From: Candidatus Aenigmatarchaeota archaeon
GTDB lineage: Archaea > Aenigmatarchaeota > Aenigmatarchaeia > CG10238-14
Assembly (NCBI GenBank): GCA_030018415.1
Contig: JASEGC010000001.1
Span: forward strand, 407,033 to 471,032
Reading direction: 5' to 3'
DNA: 64,000 nucleotides
Below the pieces are notes generated by a model. The model was given only the letters and a program-made list of their open reading frames with translations. It was not told the DNA's origin and searched no databases. The stretch's first letter is position 1, and every line of letters begins with the position of its first letter. Positions 40,124-49,922 of the stretch are shown piece after piece. The position numbers and the translations under genes are program-made.

Positions 40124-43100
40124 ATGAAGCAAAACTTACTCGTCCTTGACGTGGACTATATCGTCGAAGGAAACAAAGCTATAACAAGGCTTTTTTGCAA
40201 AGACGAAAAAGGTAAAACAGCCCTTGTTATGGATTCTAATTTCGAACCTTATTTTTACGTTATGCCAACTAAAGGAACTCTTGAAAAATTGAAGAAAAAA
40301 ATAGAAGGACTTGACACAAAAAACTTAGAAGCGAAAATCCTGAGGGTAGAGACTGTTGAAAAGAATTGGATGAACGAAGAAACAAAGCTGATTAAAGTTA
40401 CCATCGATAACCCTAGGAGGATTCCAGATGTGAGGAATGCGATAAAAGACTGGAAAGAAGTAGAAGAAACTTACGAGTATAACATCACCTATTACCGCAG
40501 GTACATGATAGATAAACAAATCAAACCAATGGGTTGGGTCGAAGTAGAAGGAGAATTAAAAGAGAGCAACGGATACCAAGTCGATAGAATCATCGAGGCC
40601 AGTTCTGTCAAAGCTACAGACATGGAAAAAGATATCGATTTCAAAGTCTTAGCTTTCGACACAGAGTTCGTCGAAGAAGATGGGAAATCAAAGCTCATCA
40701 TGCTCAGCCTAGTTTTCGATGGAAAATACAAGAGAGTCTTAACTAGCTGCGACTGGAAGGATAAACCGAATTATGTCGAGGTTGTAAGAGATGAGAAAGA
40801 GATCATCCAAAGATTCATGGATATAGTTAAGGAAAAAGACCCAGATTTCATAGTCGGTTACAATTCTGACGGTTTTGACATCCCAAAGATAAAGGATAGA
40901 GCTACGGTATACAAGATGCCTTTGAAGTTGGGAAGAGATAATACCCCTGTCCATGTTGTCAGAAGAGGAAGGATCAGTTCTGCAAAAACTAAGGGAAGGG
41001 TACATATCGATTTGTTCAATTTCATTGATCACATTCTATCTGCTTCTATGCGTAGCGAGGTTTTAACTTTAGATGAAGTTGCTCAAGAATTGCTTGGAAT
41101 TGGAAAGAGGAAAATGAAATACAAGGAAATGGTTGAGATATGGAGCAAAAAAGAACAATTAGGAAGGCTTGCTGAATATTCGCTTTGGGATTCGGAGTTG
41201 ACGCTGAAATTAGCTGAGCATATATTGCCACAGATATTTTCGATAAGCAGGTTAACTGGTTTGCTGCCCTTCGATGCTTCGAGAAATACATACTCTCAAC
41301 TGATTGAGGCATTCTTGATGAGAAGGGCTTTTACAGATAATGTCTTGATTCCAAACAAGCCAAAAACCGAAGAGATAGAGAGAAGAAGGATGGCTCCTGT
41401 TTATAAGGGAGCGATAGTAATCGAGCCTAAAAAAGGAATTCATTCAGATATTTTAGTTTTCGATTTCAGGAGTCTTCCTCCTTGGGAAAAAACTTACGTG
41501 AAAGACCCAGCTGGCTTTATAAAAGTAGTGGAGATAGGCAATTTTGTAGAAAGGTTCCAGAAGAACGGAAAAGTGATCAGAGAAAGCAGAAGCCTTATAA
41601 CTGAATTAAATGGCTGGAAAGCCCTTACTTTCGATGAAGAGAAAAACAAAGTTTGTTGGAAGCCTATTAAAGCAGTCATCAAGCATGAAATTAAATGCCC
41701 TTATTTATTGAAGATCACGACTGAACAAGGCAAACAAATAACGATAACGCCGAATCATAGCATTTTTTCCCTCGATAATGACGGAAAACTAACTCTAGTA
41801 AGAGGAGATGAATTAAGGATCGGAACGAATCTCATACTTCTGAAAAGGATTCCGGTTAGGGAAAATTTAAAGAAATTAGATGTTATGGAACTCTTATCAT
41901 CTCTTTCTCAAAAAATAACGTCAGACTTGTTGATCATTCTTCCAAGGAAGAAACTTCCTCACAAAAAAAGGCTTAAAACTTGGATGAACATCCTAAACGA
42001 ACTGAGAGGGGCCTCTTCGTTAGAAGAGTTGCGCGAGAGGCTTAAGTATCATAGGGCAACGATTAGGAAGAACCTTGTATTGCTGAGAAGGAAGGGATTG
42101 ATAGATTACAGAAATTATAGTGGAATAAAACTCCTTCAAGAAGGAGAGAATTATTTGAAGTTTGTTCTAAACCTTAGACCAACGAGAAAGCGAGGGTTTC
42201 TGCAAGCAAGGTTTAACGACATTAAAAACATTAACGTACCGGAGAAGTTAAAGAAAGACTTATTCCTTAAACAATCAAGAGGAAGATGGAAGAGGATTCT
42301 ACCTTGTGTATTAGAGTTAAACCGTAATACTTGTTGGAGTTTTGGAATTTACGTAGCAGAGGGTTGGATGACTAAACATTCGAGGATCTATTTTTCCACT
42401 TCGGATGAACTCATCAAAAATAGACTGTTAAGAACCCTCTCTTACTTCGAACCGAGTGAATATAAGGATGGGAAGGGTTTTGAAATTTCCATCTCGAACA
42501 AGCCCTTTGCTCTTCTGCTCATCAAACTTTTTGGGCATAATTCCCATCATAAGCATCTTAATCCTTTGCTCTTACAGTTACAGAAAAACCTGAAATTAAA
42601 GTTAATAGAAGGAATGATAGATGGTGATGGCTCTATTGGAGAAACGAAATTTAAATACACCTCTATCTCTGAGAGGTTGATCGATGACTTGAATTTATTA
42701 CTTCTCTCGTTGAGTGTGGGAAGAACATCTTTCATAAGTTCCGGAAAAATAAAGAACCTTTACGTTTACCAGTCACTTGGAAAGATAAAGATAAGAAAAG
42801 GTGTAAGGGAGAGTCATCCACTCTATCTCATCCCAAGGAATTATGTAGAGGATCATATAACATCAACTCTTAAAAATGCACATCGAGGTTCACGAATCGA
42901 TATTCAGAAAGTTGCAGAAAATCTAGTAATCAATGGATGTTTTCCCGAAAAATTAAAATTCTTCTTTGGAAATTGTGGTTTAGAACAGATTAAAAAAATC
43001 GAGAGAATTAAGTATAACGGTTGGGTTTATGATATTTCTGTGAAAGATACTGAAAAATTCTTCGCTGGGAATGGTCTGATATTAGTACATAACTCGTTGT

Positions 43101-43546
43101 ACCCCACGATAATCGTTTCCCACAATATTTCTCCAGAAACTCTTAATTGTGAGCACTCAGAATGTAAAGAAAAAAATAAAGTTCCCGAAAGCAAATGGCA
43201 TTTTTGCACCAGAAAGGAGGGCTTCATACCTAAACATATAAGAGACCTAATCGAAACGAGGAAGAAAATAAAGGAAAAGATGAAAGAGGTTAGAAAGGAT
43301 TCGGTGGAATGGAAGCGGCTGGACAATGAGCAGTATGCTCTAAAAATTTTAGCCAACGCGAGCTATGGTTTTATGGGATATATAGCCGCTAAATGGTATT
43401 GTCGGGAGTGTGCAAGCGCAACTGCGACATTTGGAAGAGCTTATATAACCAAGGTAATAGAGATGGCAAAAGCAAGTGGATTTAAAATTTTGTATGCTGA
43501 CACCGATTCTTGCATGGTAACTATAGAAAAAAGGGGGAGAAAATGA
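40124..43546 (+). CDS. polB: family B DNA polymerase, N-terminal polypeptide (exonuclease plus palm motifs A-C), contains an intein
   Basis: Exo motifs LAFDTEF, YNSDGFDIPKI and YSLWDSELT. Motif A DFR|intein|SLYPTII. Motif B KILANASYGF. Motif C ILYADTDS. Stops 11 codons after motif C. The ATG at 40124 is preferred over the TTG at 40112. Confidence 0.9.
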   Translation: MKQNLLVLDVDYIVEGNKAITRLFCKDEKGKTALVMDSNFEPYFYVMPTKGTLEKLKKKIEGLDTKNLEAKILRVETVEKNWMNEETKLIKVTIDNPRRIPDVRNAIKDWKEVEETYEYNITYYRRYMIDKQIKPMGWVEVEGELKESNGYQVDRIIEASSVKATDMEKDIDFKVLAFDTEFVEEDGKSKLIMLSLVFDGKYKRVLTSCDWKDKPNYVEVVRDEKEIIQRFMDIVKEKDPDFIVGYNSDGFDIPKIKDRATVYKMPLKLGRDNTPVHVVRRGRISSAKTKGRVHIDLFNFIDHILSASMRSEVLTLDEVAQELLGIGKRKMKYKEMVEIWSKKEQLGRLAEYSLWDSELTLKLAEHILPQIFSISRLTGLLPFDASRNTYSQLIEAFLMRRAFTDNVLIPNKPKTEEIERRRMAPVYKGAIVIEPKKGIHSDILVFDFRSLPPWEKTYVKDPAGFIKVVEIGNFVERFQKNGKVIRESRSLITELNGWKALTFDEEKNKVCWKPIKAVIKHEIKCPYLLKITTEQGKQITITPNHSIFSLDNDGKLTLVRGDELRIGTNLILLKRIPVRENLKKLDVMELLSSLSQKITSDLLIILPRKKLPHKKRLKTWMNILNELRGASSLEELRERLKYHRATIRKNLVLLRRKGLIDYRNYSGIKLLQEGENYLKFVLNLRPTRKRGFLQARFNDIKNINVPEKLKKDLFLKQSRGRWKRILPCVLELNRNTCWSFGIYVAEGWMTKHSRIYFSTSDELIKNRLLRTLSYFEPSEYKDGKGFEISISNKPFALLLIKLFGHNSHHKHLNPLLLQLQKNLKLKLIEGMIDGDGSIGETKFKYTSISERLIDDLNLLLLSLSVGRTSFISSGKIKNLYVYQSLGKIKIRKGVRESHPLYLIPRNYVEDHITSTLKNAHRGSRIDIQKVAENLVINGCFPEKLKFFFGNCGLEQIKKIERIKYNGWVYDISVKDTEKFFAGNGLILVHNSLYPTIIVSHNISPETLNCEHSECKEKNKVPESKWHFCTRKEGFIPKHIRDLIETRKKIKEKMKEVRKDSVEWKRLDNEQYALKILANASYGFMGYIAAKWYCRECASATATFGRAYITKVIEMAKASGFKILYADTDSCMVTIEKRGRK
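41471..43093 (+). mobile_element. intein (541 aa) with LAGLIDADG endonuclease domain, inserted in PolB motif A
   Basis: Begins with Ser after VFDFR and ends ...LILVHN before SLYPTII. Block B is TPNHSIF. LAGLIDADG motifs are FGIYVAEGW and LIEGMIDGDGS. Confidence 0.85.
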
Positions 43547-43863
43547 ATTGGAAAGAATTTTTAAAACCAGACTGGAGAAAAATCCTAGTTTTCGTGATTT
43601 CAATAATCATGGGCATTGTTGTTACTCATCCCTTAATCTACCCAGAATACTCTTATTCTTTCCCTTTCCTTCCATTACCTTTTGAGACTGTAGAGATAAG
43701 AGCTGTCCCCTGCCCTCCTGGTGCCCATGAACGTATACCAGGCGTAATACCAGATTGTATGGAAAGTGTTATCATTCTCCAGAATATTCTATTAAATCTT
43801 GTTAGTTATTATCTCATCTCCTGTCTCATAGTTTGGATTTACGATAAGGTGAGGAAGAAATGA
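43543..43863 (+). CDS. small membrane protein (106 aa) occupying the gap between the two PolB polypeptide genes
   Basis: ATGA overlaps at both ends: ATG 43543 overlaps the PolB-N TGA at 43544..43546, and its own TGA at 43861..43863 overlaps the PolB-C ATG at 43860. Two hydrophobic helices flank a Cys/Pro-rich loop (VPCPPGAHERIPGVIPDC). Confidence 0.5.
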   Translation: MNWKEFLKPDWRKILVFVISIIMGIVVTHPLIYPEYSYSFPFLPLPFETVEIRAVPCPPGAHERIPGVIPDCMESVIILQNILLNLVSYYLISCLIVWIYDKVRKK

Positions 43864-44555
43864 AGAAAAGAGAGCAATTAATTAAAAAGGCTGAAGAATT
43901 TATAGAAAAAGTTAACGAACAACTTCCAGGAATAATTGAACTAGAATTCAGAGACCTGTATGAAGGGGGGATATTTGTAGCAAGAAGGGAAAAAGAAGTT
44001 GGAGCGAAGAAAAGATATGCTCTAATTGATTATCAAGGGAATTTAGAAGTCAGAGGATTCGAAGCTATAAGAAGAGATTGGTGCCAGTTAAGCAAGGACA
44101 TACAAAGAAAAGTTCTGACTATAATCCTTAGAGATAAAGACCCTGCTAAAGCCGTTCAACTAGTCAGAGAAACAATTAAAAAAATAAAAAGTGGGGATGT
44201 GAAGTTGGAAGACCTAACGATTTTTGAACAGATAACAAGGCCTCTATCTTCTTACGAACAGATAGGACCGCACGTTAAGGCAGCTCAGAAATCAAAGGCC
44301 AAGGGCAGACTTGTGGGCGAGGGTAGTGTCATCGGTTTTGTCATAGTCAAAGGTTCGGGTAGTATTTCAGATCGTGCCATGCCGGTTGAAGACGTAAAAG
44401 AAGGAGAGTACGACCCAGAATATTATATCAACAACCAAGTCTTACCAGCAGCGATGCGCGTTCTACAGGCTTTAGAGATAACAGAACAACAAGTTTTATC
44501 TGGAAGAGTCCAGGCTAAGTTAGGAGAATGGTTTAAAAAAGTTAACTACAAGTAA
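43860..44555 (+). CDS. polB: family B DNA polymerase, C-terminal polypeptide (thumb domain)
   Basis: EFIEKVNEQLPGIIELEFRDLYEGGIFV...KKRYALID...VRGFEAIRRDWC...ITRPLSSYEQIGPHVKAA...YYINNQVLPA aligns colinearly with the region after motif C of archaeal PolB. Confidence 0.85.
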   Translation: MKKREQLIKKAEEFIEKVNEQLPGIIELEFRDLYEGGIFVARREKEVGAKKRYALIDYQGNLEVRGFEAIRRDWCQLSKDIQRKVLTIILRDKDPAKAVQLVRETIKKIKSGDVKLEDLTIFEQITRPLSSYEQIGPHVKAAQKSKAKGRLVGEGSVIGFVIVKGSGSISDRAMPVEDVKEGEYDPEYYINNQVLPAAMRVLQALEITEQQVLSGRVQAKLGEWFKKVNYK

Positions 44556-44587
44556 TTAAATCTCATTCCTCTCTTGGCTGTGGTTTT

Positions 44588-44788
44588 TTACACAGAGAAT
44601 TTTTTCACTAGTCCATAAAGAATTATCAACAAACCCATCACTGTGATCGCTGAGACAAAGCCATCTAAATTCGTGCCAAAGTACATCCATATCATTCCAA
44701 AAAGGAATAGCCAAAAACCACGTATAATTTTTTTATTAGCGTAGGCTAGTTTTTCTTCCTTTGTCATCTTTTTCAATGGTTTTGACAT
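44588..44788 (-). CDS. small membrane protein (66 aa)
   Basis: Two hydrophobic helices. No family assigned. Confidence 0.35.
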   Translation of the reverse strand: MSKPLKKMTKEEKLAYANKKIIRGFWLFLFGMIWMYFGTNLDGFVSAITVMGLLIILYGLVKKFSV

Positions 44789-44921
44789 ATATTAATAGAC
44801 GGTTTGTGAGCACTTAAATATTTAGGCTCAACAATAATTGTTATTACTCCATTGTGATTATTTGATTAATTTATACGTAAATTACATCTTCTTGAGTAAC
44901 TAAATTTCTCTTAGTGATTCT

Positions 44922-45815
44922 ATGGAAAAAGAAATTCTGGAGAAATATGAAAAGGCAGGGAAAATAAACCAAGAAGTTAAGATGTTCGCTAGAGAACAGT
45001 TAAAGCCAGGTGTGAAAGTTCTGGACTTGGCTGAAAAAATCGAGAAGATGATAATAGATAAAGGTGGAGGTATAGCTTTTCCAGTTAACATCTCTTTGAA
45101 TGACATTGCTGCCCATTACACTCCGGATATAGACGATACTCTCACTTTGAAAGATGGTGACCTGGTTAAAGTGGATATAGGTGTTCATGTCGACGGTTTC
45201 ATCGCAGATTCGGCTTTCTCTGTCAGGCTCGGGGAAAAATCTGACATACTCATAAAAGCAGCAGAGGATGCGTTGGAACAATTCATAAAAGAGATAAGGC
45301 CAGGAAAAACTGTTGATGAAATGTCTAAGTTGATAGAGGATGTAGTTATGAGCTACGGTGTAAACCCAGTAAGAAACCTTGCGGGACATTCTTTGGAAGA
45401 ATACACACAACATGGCGGACTATCGATTCCAAACGGTCATATTCCCTCAAAAGAAGAAATAAAAGAAGGACAAGTTTTAGGGATGGAAGTCTTTACGACT
45501 CATGGCGAAGGCTTGGTTAAGGAATCTTTCCCAACTTTAATTTACATGTTGATACAACCAAAACCAGTAAGATTGAGAGAATCCAGAAAAATATTACAAC
45601 TTGCTGTGGACAAATTCAAAACTTTACCCTTTGCTAGAAGATGGTTAAAAGGAATAGGAAGTACAGTCATGTTACAGTTAGCGTTGAAAGAATTGGTCGA
45701 CAGGGAGGTTTTGATTGAGTACCCACCCTTGAGGGAGAGGTCGAATAGTTTGACTGCTCAAGCTGAAGAAACTATAATTGTCTTGGATAAGCCTATCATC
45801 ACTACAAGATCATAG
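44922..45815 (+). CDS. map: methionine aminopeptidase, type 2
   Basis: FPVNISLNDIAAHYTP, VKVDIGVHVDGFIADSA and GHSLEEY. 297 aa. Confidence 0.9.
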   Translation: MEKEILEKYEKAGKINQEVKMFAREQLKPGVKVLDLAEKIEKMIIDKGGGIAFPVNISLNDIAAHYTPDIDDTLTLKDGDLVKVDIGVHVDGFIADSAFSVRLGEKSDILIKAAEDALEQFIKEIRPGKTVDEMSKLIEDVVMSYGVNPVRNLAGHSLEEYTQHGGLSIPNGHIPSKEEIKEGQVLGMEVFTTHGEGLVKESFPTLIYMLIQPKPVRLRESRKILQLAVDKFKTLPFARRWLKGIGSTVMLQLALKELVDREVLIEYPPLRERSNSLTAQAEETIIVLDKPIITTRS

Positions 45816-46550
45816 GTCATTTTCATATACACTCGAGTTCAAAACAGAATATCCAGAATTGCCTTGATCCCATACTGACCATATCATCCTTCCCCTCCCA
45901 TCAATATACAAGTACTCTATCCATGCATGCTCAGAGTTGGCAACAACCTTACATGGTATTCCCGCTTCTCTCATCATTCCGCATGTTAGAAAACTCATGC
46001 CATTGCAGTTTGCTTCTTTTTCATCCCAAGTTTCTTTTGCTGTATACCATCTACGGTTATTCACATATTTTATGTTATTTTTTATCCATCCTTGGATGTT
46101 TTCAACTGTATCCTTATAACTTTTTTCATCGATCAGTTCATCGACTTCTTGTCTAGCCTCCAAAGTCAGAGAATACCTGTAAACGTCAGTATCCAATAAA
46201 CTTTCTAGATCCGGGTTGTATTTGAGGGCAGAACTCAACCTTTCTTTGAATTTCTGCATGGGAATGTTTCCGAGTGTATCGTTTAGATCTTCCTGAAGGC
46301 CTTCACTCAAGAATTCGCATACTTGTTTTTTCATTTCTGCATTCCTTAGGCTTTCCTCTAAGATCGATATTTTTTTCCTGTAAACATCTAATAAATCATC
46401 GTATTTTTGTAGTATGCCTTGCACGTATACTAAATTCTCTTGATTGCTCGACACATCTGATGTGATAACAGGATAATCGTGTACAATTACAACTAGTGAA
46501 ATTAATAGGATCGTCAATAAGACAAAAGGCAAGGCTAAAATTCTGTCCAT
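45810..46550 (-). CDS. transglutaminase-like domain protein, N-terminal membrane anchor
   Basis: The Cys-His core ANCNGMSFLTCGMMREAGIPCKVV...EHAWIEY. N-terminal TM. Confidence 0.6.
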   Translation of the reverse strand: MDRILALPFVLLTILLISLVVIVHDYPVITSDVSSNQENLVYVQGILQKYDDLLDVYRKKISILEESLRNAEMKKQVCEFLSEGLQEDLNDTLGNIPMQKFKERLSSALKYNPDLESLLDTDVYRYSLTLEARQEVDELIDEKSYKDTVENIQGWIKNNIKYVNNRRWYTAKETWDEKEANCNGMSFLTCGMMREAGIPCKVVANSEHAWIEYLYIDGRGRMIWSVWDQGNSGYSVLNSSVYENDL

Positions 46551-46630
46551 TTTCTTCTGTATTAACTAAGACAGTTAAATTTATAAATACCACTAATGAG
46601 TAGTTAATTTTAAAAAAAATATCAAAATCT

Positions 46631-46887
46631 TTAAAATTCATCCATGTATCCCTCTCTTATGAGATATAGCTTATCGACTCTGGCCAAAGATGATCCTTTT
46701 CTTAAGAATTTTATCAGGCTTTCAACTCTCCCCCTTCACCTTCTGCTACCACTCCCACTCTGCCATCCAGTAGATTCCTATCTCAACCTGTTAGTCCTAA
46801 AGATTGAGCGACTCTTCTAGTGTTAAACCTGAAGTTGATGCTCTGCACTCTTCCAGAGATGAAGGCATGAATCCTCACTTTTGGCAT
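46631..46887 (-). pseudogene. acyP: acylphosphatase, decayed (in-frame TGA plus frameshift)
   Basis: Minus strand reads MPKVRIHAFISGRVQSINFRFNTRRVAQSLGLTG*DRNLLDGRVGVVAEGEGGELKA, then after a 1-nt shift LIKFLRKGSSLARVDKLYLIREGY. The TGA sits where the family has the conserved Trp (GWVRN). The shift is at a CC run. Confidence 0.7.
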
Positions 46888-46925
46888 GAAAATAGTTTTA
46901 TCCTTTAACTTGAAAAAGTGTATAC

Positions 46926-47519
46926 ATGTATGTTGTTGGAATCGACTTGGCAGGAAGCGAAAAGAGACAGACGGGATTCTGTATCCTTGACGGGATGAAG
47001 GCTTATACTAATATCCTCCACACTGACAAGGAAATAATCGACAAAATCGAAGAATTGAAGCCAGATATCGTAGCAATAGATGCTCCGCTCAGTCTACCTA
47101 AAGGAAGAAAATCGATAGAGGAGAGGACTAACGTTCATCTTAGAGAATGTGATAGAGAACTCTTAAAAAGAGGAATAAAATTTTTCCCTATCACTCTGGG
47201 TCCGATGAGAAAATTGACTAAAAGGGGCATAAGATTGAAAAAAATGCTGGAAAATAAAGGTTTTAGAGTCATAGAAGTATATCCTGGAGGAGCTCAAGAC
47301 ATCTTAAAAATCCCCAGAAAGCAAAGGGGGTTAGATAAACTTAAAAGGGGTTTGGAGAAGTTGAAAATTAGTGGTTTGACCCCGAAAATGACTAGTCATG
47401 AGTTGGATGCTATTACTTCTGCTTTTGTCGGGAAATTGTTCTTAGAAGGAAGGTCGGAGACCTTAGGTGACCAGAAGAGAGGGATCGTCATGCCTAAACC
47501 GATTATTAAGGATTTTTGA
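46926..47519 (+). CDS. DUF429-like predicted RNase H-fold nuclease
   Basis: MYVVGIDLAGSEKRQTGFCIL...IVAIDAPLSLP is the pattern of the DUF429/COG2410 family. Confidence 0.5.
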   Translation: MYVVGIDLAGSEKRQTGFCILDGMKAYTNILHTDKEIIDKIEELKPDIVAIDAPLSLPKGRKSIEERTNVHLRECDRELLKRGIKFFPITLGPMRKLTKRGIRLKKMLENKGFRVIEVYPGGAQDILKIPRKQRGLDKLKRGLEKLKISGLTPKMTSHELDAITSAFVGKLFLEGRSETLGDQKRGIVMPKPIIKDF

Positions 47520-47623
47520 CGCTTAAATGTCATTTTTTCAAGGAACTCTCACTTTTGTGTTAATTATTTATGGTTTGGAATCATAAATTATCATTACTTC
47601 TAAGAGATATGAGGAACACCTTC

Positions 47624-48691
47624 ATGTTCAAGATTGGAGTCAATGGGTTCGGAACTATTGGTAAAAGGGTTGCGTCTGCTGTTCAAAAACAAAAAGATAT
47701 GAAGCTTTTGGGAATTTCAGACATAAGTCCTTCTTGGGAATCACGTTATGCGGCTATGAACGTACCTGTTTACATGAGTTTGAAGGAGTACGGTAAAGAT
47801 GAGGTTGAACAGTTTGAAAAAGTTAAAAAGACTTTCATTGATGCTGGCATTGAACCTGCTGGTGCTGTTACAGATTTAATAGACGAAGCTAATCTAATAG
47901 TCGATGCTACTCCTGAAGGTATAGGAAGGAAGAACAAAGAAGAAATATACTCAAGAAAAAAAAGTTTACATGCAATTTTCCAGGGTGGAGAAAAGGCTTC
48001 GATAGCGAAAGTGACCTTCAACGCCAACATAAATTACAAGGATGCAGTCGGTGAGCAGTTCATAAGGGTGCCATCCTGTAACACGACTGGGATGTTGAGG
48101 TATCTGAACAGCATTCAAGAAGTTTCTGACGTTAAAGACGTGATAATAAACCTGATAAGGAGAGGAGCTGACCCAGCTGAGCCTAATAGCGGACCTATCA
48201 ACGATTATGTTCCGACAGAAATACCATCTCACCACGCAGATGATGTTATAGTTGCTGATAAAAGGTTGGAAGGAAAGTTGATAACTTACGGCGTGAAAGT
48301 ACCAGTTACCCTGATGCACATGCATAACGTCGTCGTAACGGGAGATTTTCCGTCGAGGGATAAGATTCTCGACGCATTCGATGATAATCTTCGGATAATC
48401 GTTCTGGGTGGTGAAAATGGTGCTCCAACTGCAGCCGAGATAATAGATGCAAACGATAGAAGGGATTTGTATCAAATCATTATCCTAGAGAAGACTGTAC
48501 ATTTGCATGGTAACATCCTTTTATTCTCAGCTTACGTCCATCAAGAAGCCGATGTCATACCCGAAAACATCGATGCAATCAGGGCATCCCTCGGGTTTGA
48601 AGATTCATATGATTCGATCATCAAAACCAATGAAAGCCTTGGGTTGAAGGAAACTAAAAAAAGACTTGAGGAATTATTCCCGGTGAGTTAA
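47624..48691 (+). CDS. gap: glyceraldehyde-3-phosphate dehydrogenase, archaeal type
   Basis: KIGVNGFGTIGKRV and VPSCNTTG. The ATG at 47624 is preferred over the track start at 47570. Confidence 0.9.
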   Translation: MFKIGVNGFGTIGKRVASAVQKQKDMKLLGISDISPSWESRYAAMNVPVYMSLKEYGKDEVEQFEKVKKTFIDAGIEPAGAVTDLIDEANLIVDATPEGIGRKNKEEIYSRKKSLHAIFQGGEKASIAKVTFNANINYKDAVGEQFIRVPSCNTTGMLRYLNSIQEVSDVKDVIINLIRRGADPAEPNSGPINDYVPTEIPSHHADDVIVADKRLEGKLITYGVKVPVTLMHMHNVVVTGDFPSRDKILDAFDDNLRIIVLGGENGAPTAAEIIDANDRRDLYQIIILEKTVHLHGNILLFSAYVHQEADVIPENIDAIRASLGFEDSYDSIIKTNESLGLKETKKRLEELFPVS

Positions 48692-49914
48692 TGGTAAATT
48701 ATCTTAAAGAAATAAGAGATAAGAACCTTTTTGTCAGTAAACACATGCACGAACTGTCTGGGAAAAGAGTCCTCATAAGGATTGATACTAATGGGCCAGT
48801 AAGGGATGGTCAACCCGATTTGAATTCTTTCAGAGTTTTTGCTCACGGTATGATGCTTGAAAAGTATGTTGAACATGGCGCTTTACCCATCATACTAACA
48901 CATCAAGGAAGAAAGGGTGATGAAGAATTCATAGCTAATCTTTCTGCTGTAGCTAGAAGGATGGAGATAATGACTGGCATCGAGATTCACTATGTGGATA
49001 AAGTGACGGGGTCTGAAGTGGCTGAGGCTATAAAAAACATGAAACATGGAGAAGCTGTTTTTCTTAGAAACGTTAGGGATCATCCAGAAGAAGAAAGCTT
49101 AAATACCAAAGAAGAGATGGTTAATTCCTCACTTACTAAATTTTTCAAAGATAAAGTAGATGTATTCATCAATGATAGCCCCTCTGTCTGTCATAGAGCA
49201 CAATGGAGTCTTGTTGGATTTTTTGGTTTGATACCATCTTATTTTGGTCTTCAGATGGAATATGAACTTGAAGTCATTCAGGATTTAAAAGAAGACCTAG
49301 CTGCTGGGAAAAAAATTACTTTTTTTGTTGGCGGGAAAAAGTTTGAAAAAATCGAATATTTGAAGAAAATTCTGGAATACCCAAAAGCAAAATTCTGTAC
49401 AGGTGGTTTAACTGGTCAATATATAGCTCATGTTGCAGGAATAAAACTTAACGGTGAGAACATAAAAATCTTGGAAGAAAGTGAGATAAAAATAGCTAAA
49501 GAACTTTATGATAATTTCAAAGACAAGATTGAGATTCCTGTTGATTATACACTAGAGAACAGGGAGATTATCGATAGAGATGATTTACCATCTACAAAAG
49601 GATTGATAATGGATATAGGACCTAAAACTGTTGAAAAATATGCAAAAGAAATAAATGGAAGATGTGTATTCGCCGGTGTTATGGGAGTATTCGAAAAAGG
49701 GTTTGACAGGACACTTGAATTACTCAGAATAGCTTCTAGCCCTAAAACAGTTATTTTTGGAGGACATTCATCTGCTGCGCTTTTCCAGAATCATGGAGTA
49801 TACTATCACTTTATAAAAAAGGGTGGAAAAGTCATAACTTCTGGTGGGTCTGCTTTAGCTCTACTAGCTGATTTTGACATGCCTGGACTCGATGTTGGCA
49901 TTGGTAGAATTTAA
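48691..49914 (+). CDS. pgk: phosphoglycerate kinase
   Basis: 407 aa containing RIDTNGPV and ILTHQGRKG. Directly follows gap with an overlapping stop/start. Confidence 0.85.
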   Translation: MVNYLKEIRDKNLFVSKHMHELSGKRVLIRIDTNGPVRDGQPDLNSFRVFAHGMMLEKYVEHGALPIILTHQGRKGDEEFIANLSAVARRMEIMTGIEIHYVDKVTGSEVAEAIKNMKHGEAVFLRNVRDHPEEESLNTKEEMVNSSLTKFFKDKVDVFINDSPSVCHRAQWSLVGFFGLIPSYFGLQMEYELEVIQDLKEDLAAGKKITFFVGGKKFEKIEYLKKILEYPKAKFCTGGLTGQYIAHVAGIKLNGENIKILEESEIKIAKELYDNFKDKIEIPVDYTLENREIIDRDDLPSTKGLIMDIGPKTVEKYAKEINGRCVFAGVMGVFEKGFDRTLELLRIASSPKTVIFGGHSSAALFQNHGVYYHFIKKGGKVITSGGSALALLADFDMPGLDVGIGRI

Positions 49915-49922
49915 TTTAAACC

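Noticed and set aside
43540-43865. The 313-nt PolB interruption as a large BHB intron carrying an ORF.
   Set aside because: Both flanks are purine-rich (AGAAAAAAGGGGGAGAAAA and GGTGAGGAAGAAATGAAGAAAAG) and cannot form the required 4-bp helix. No helix-plus-2-nt arrangement with the correct frame offset was found.
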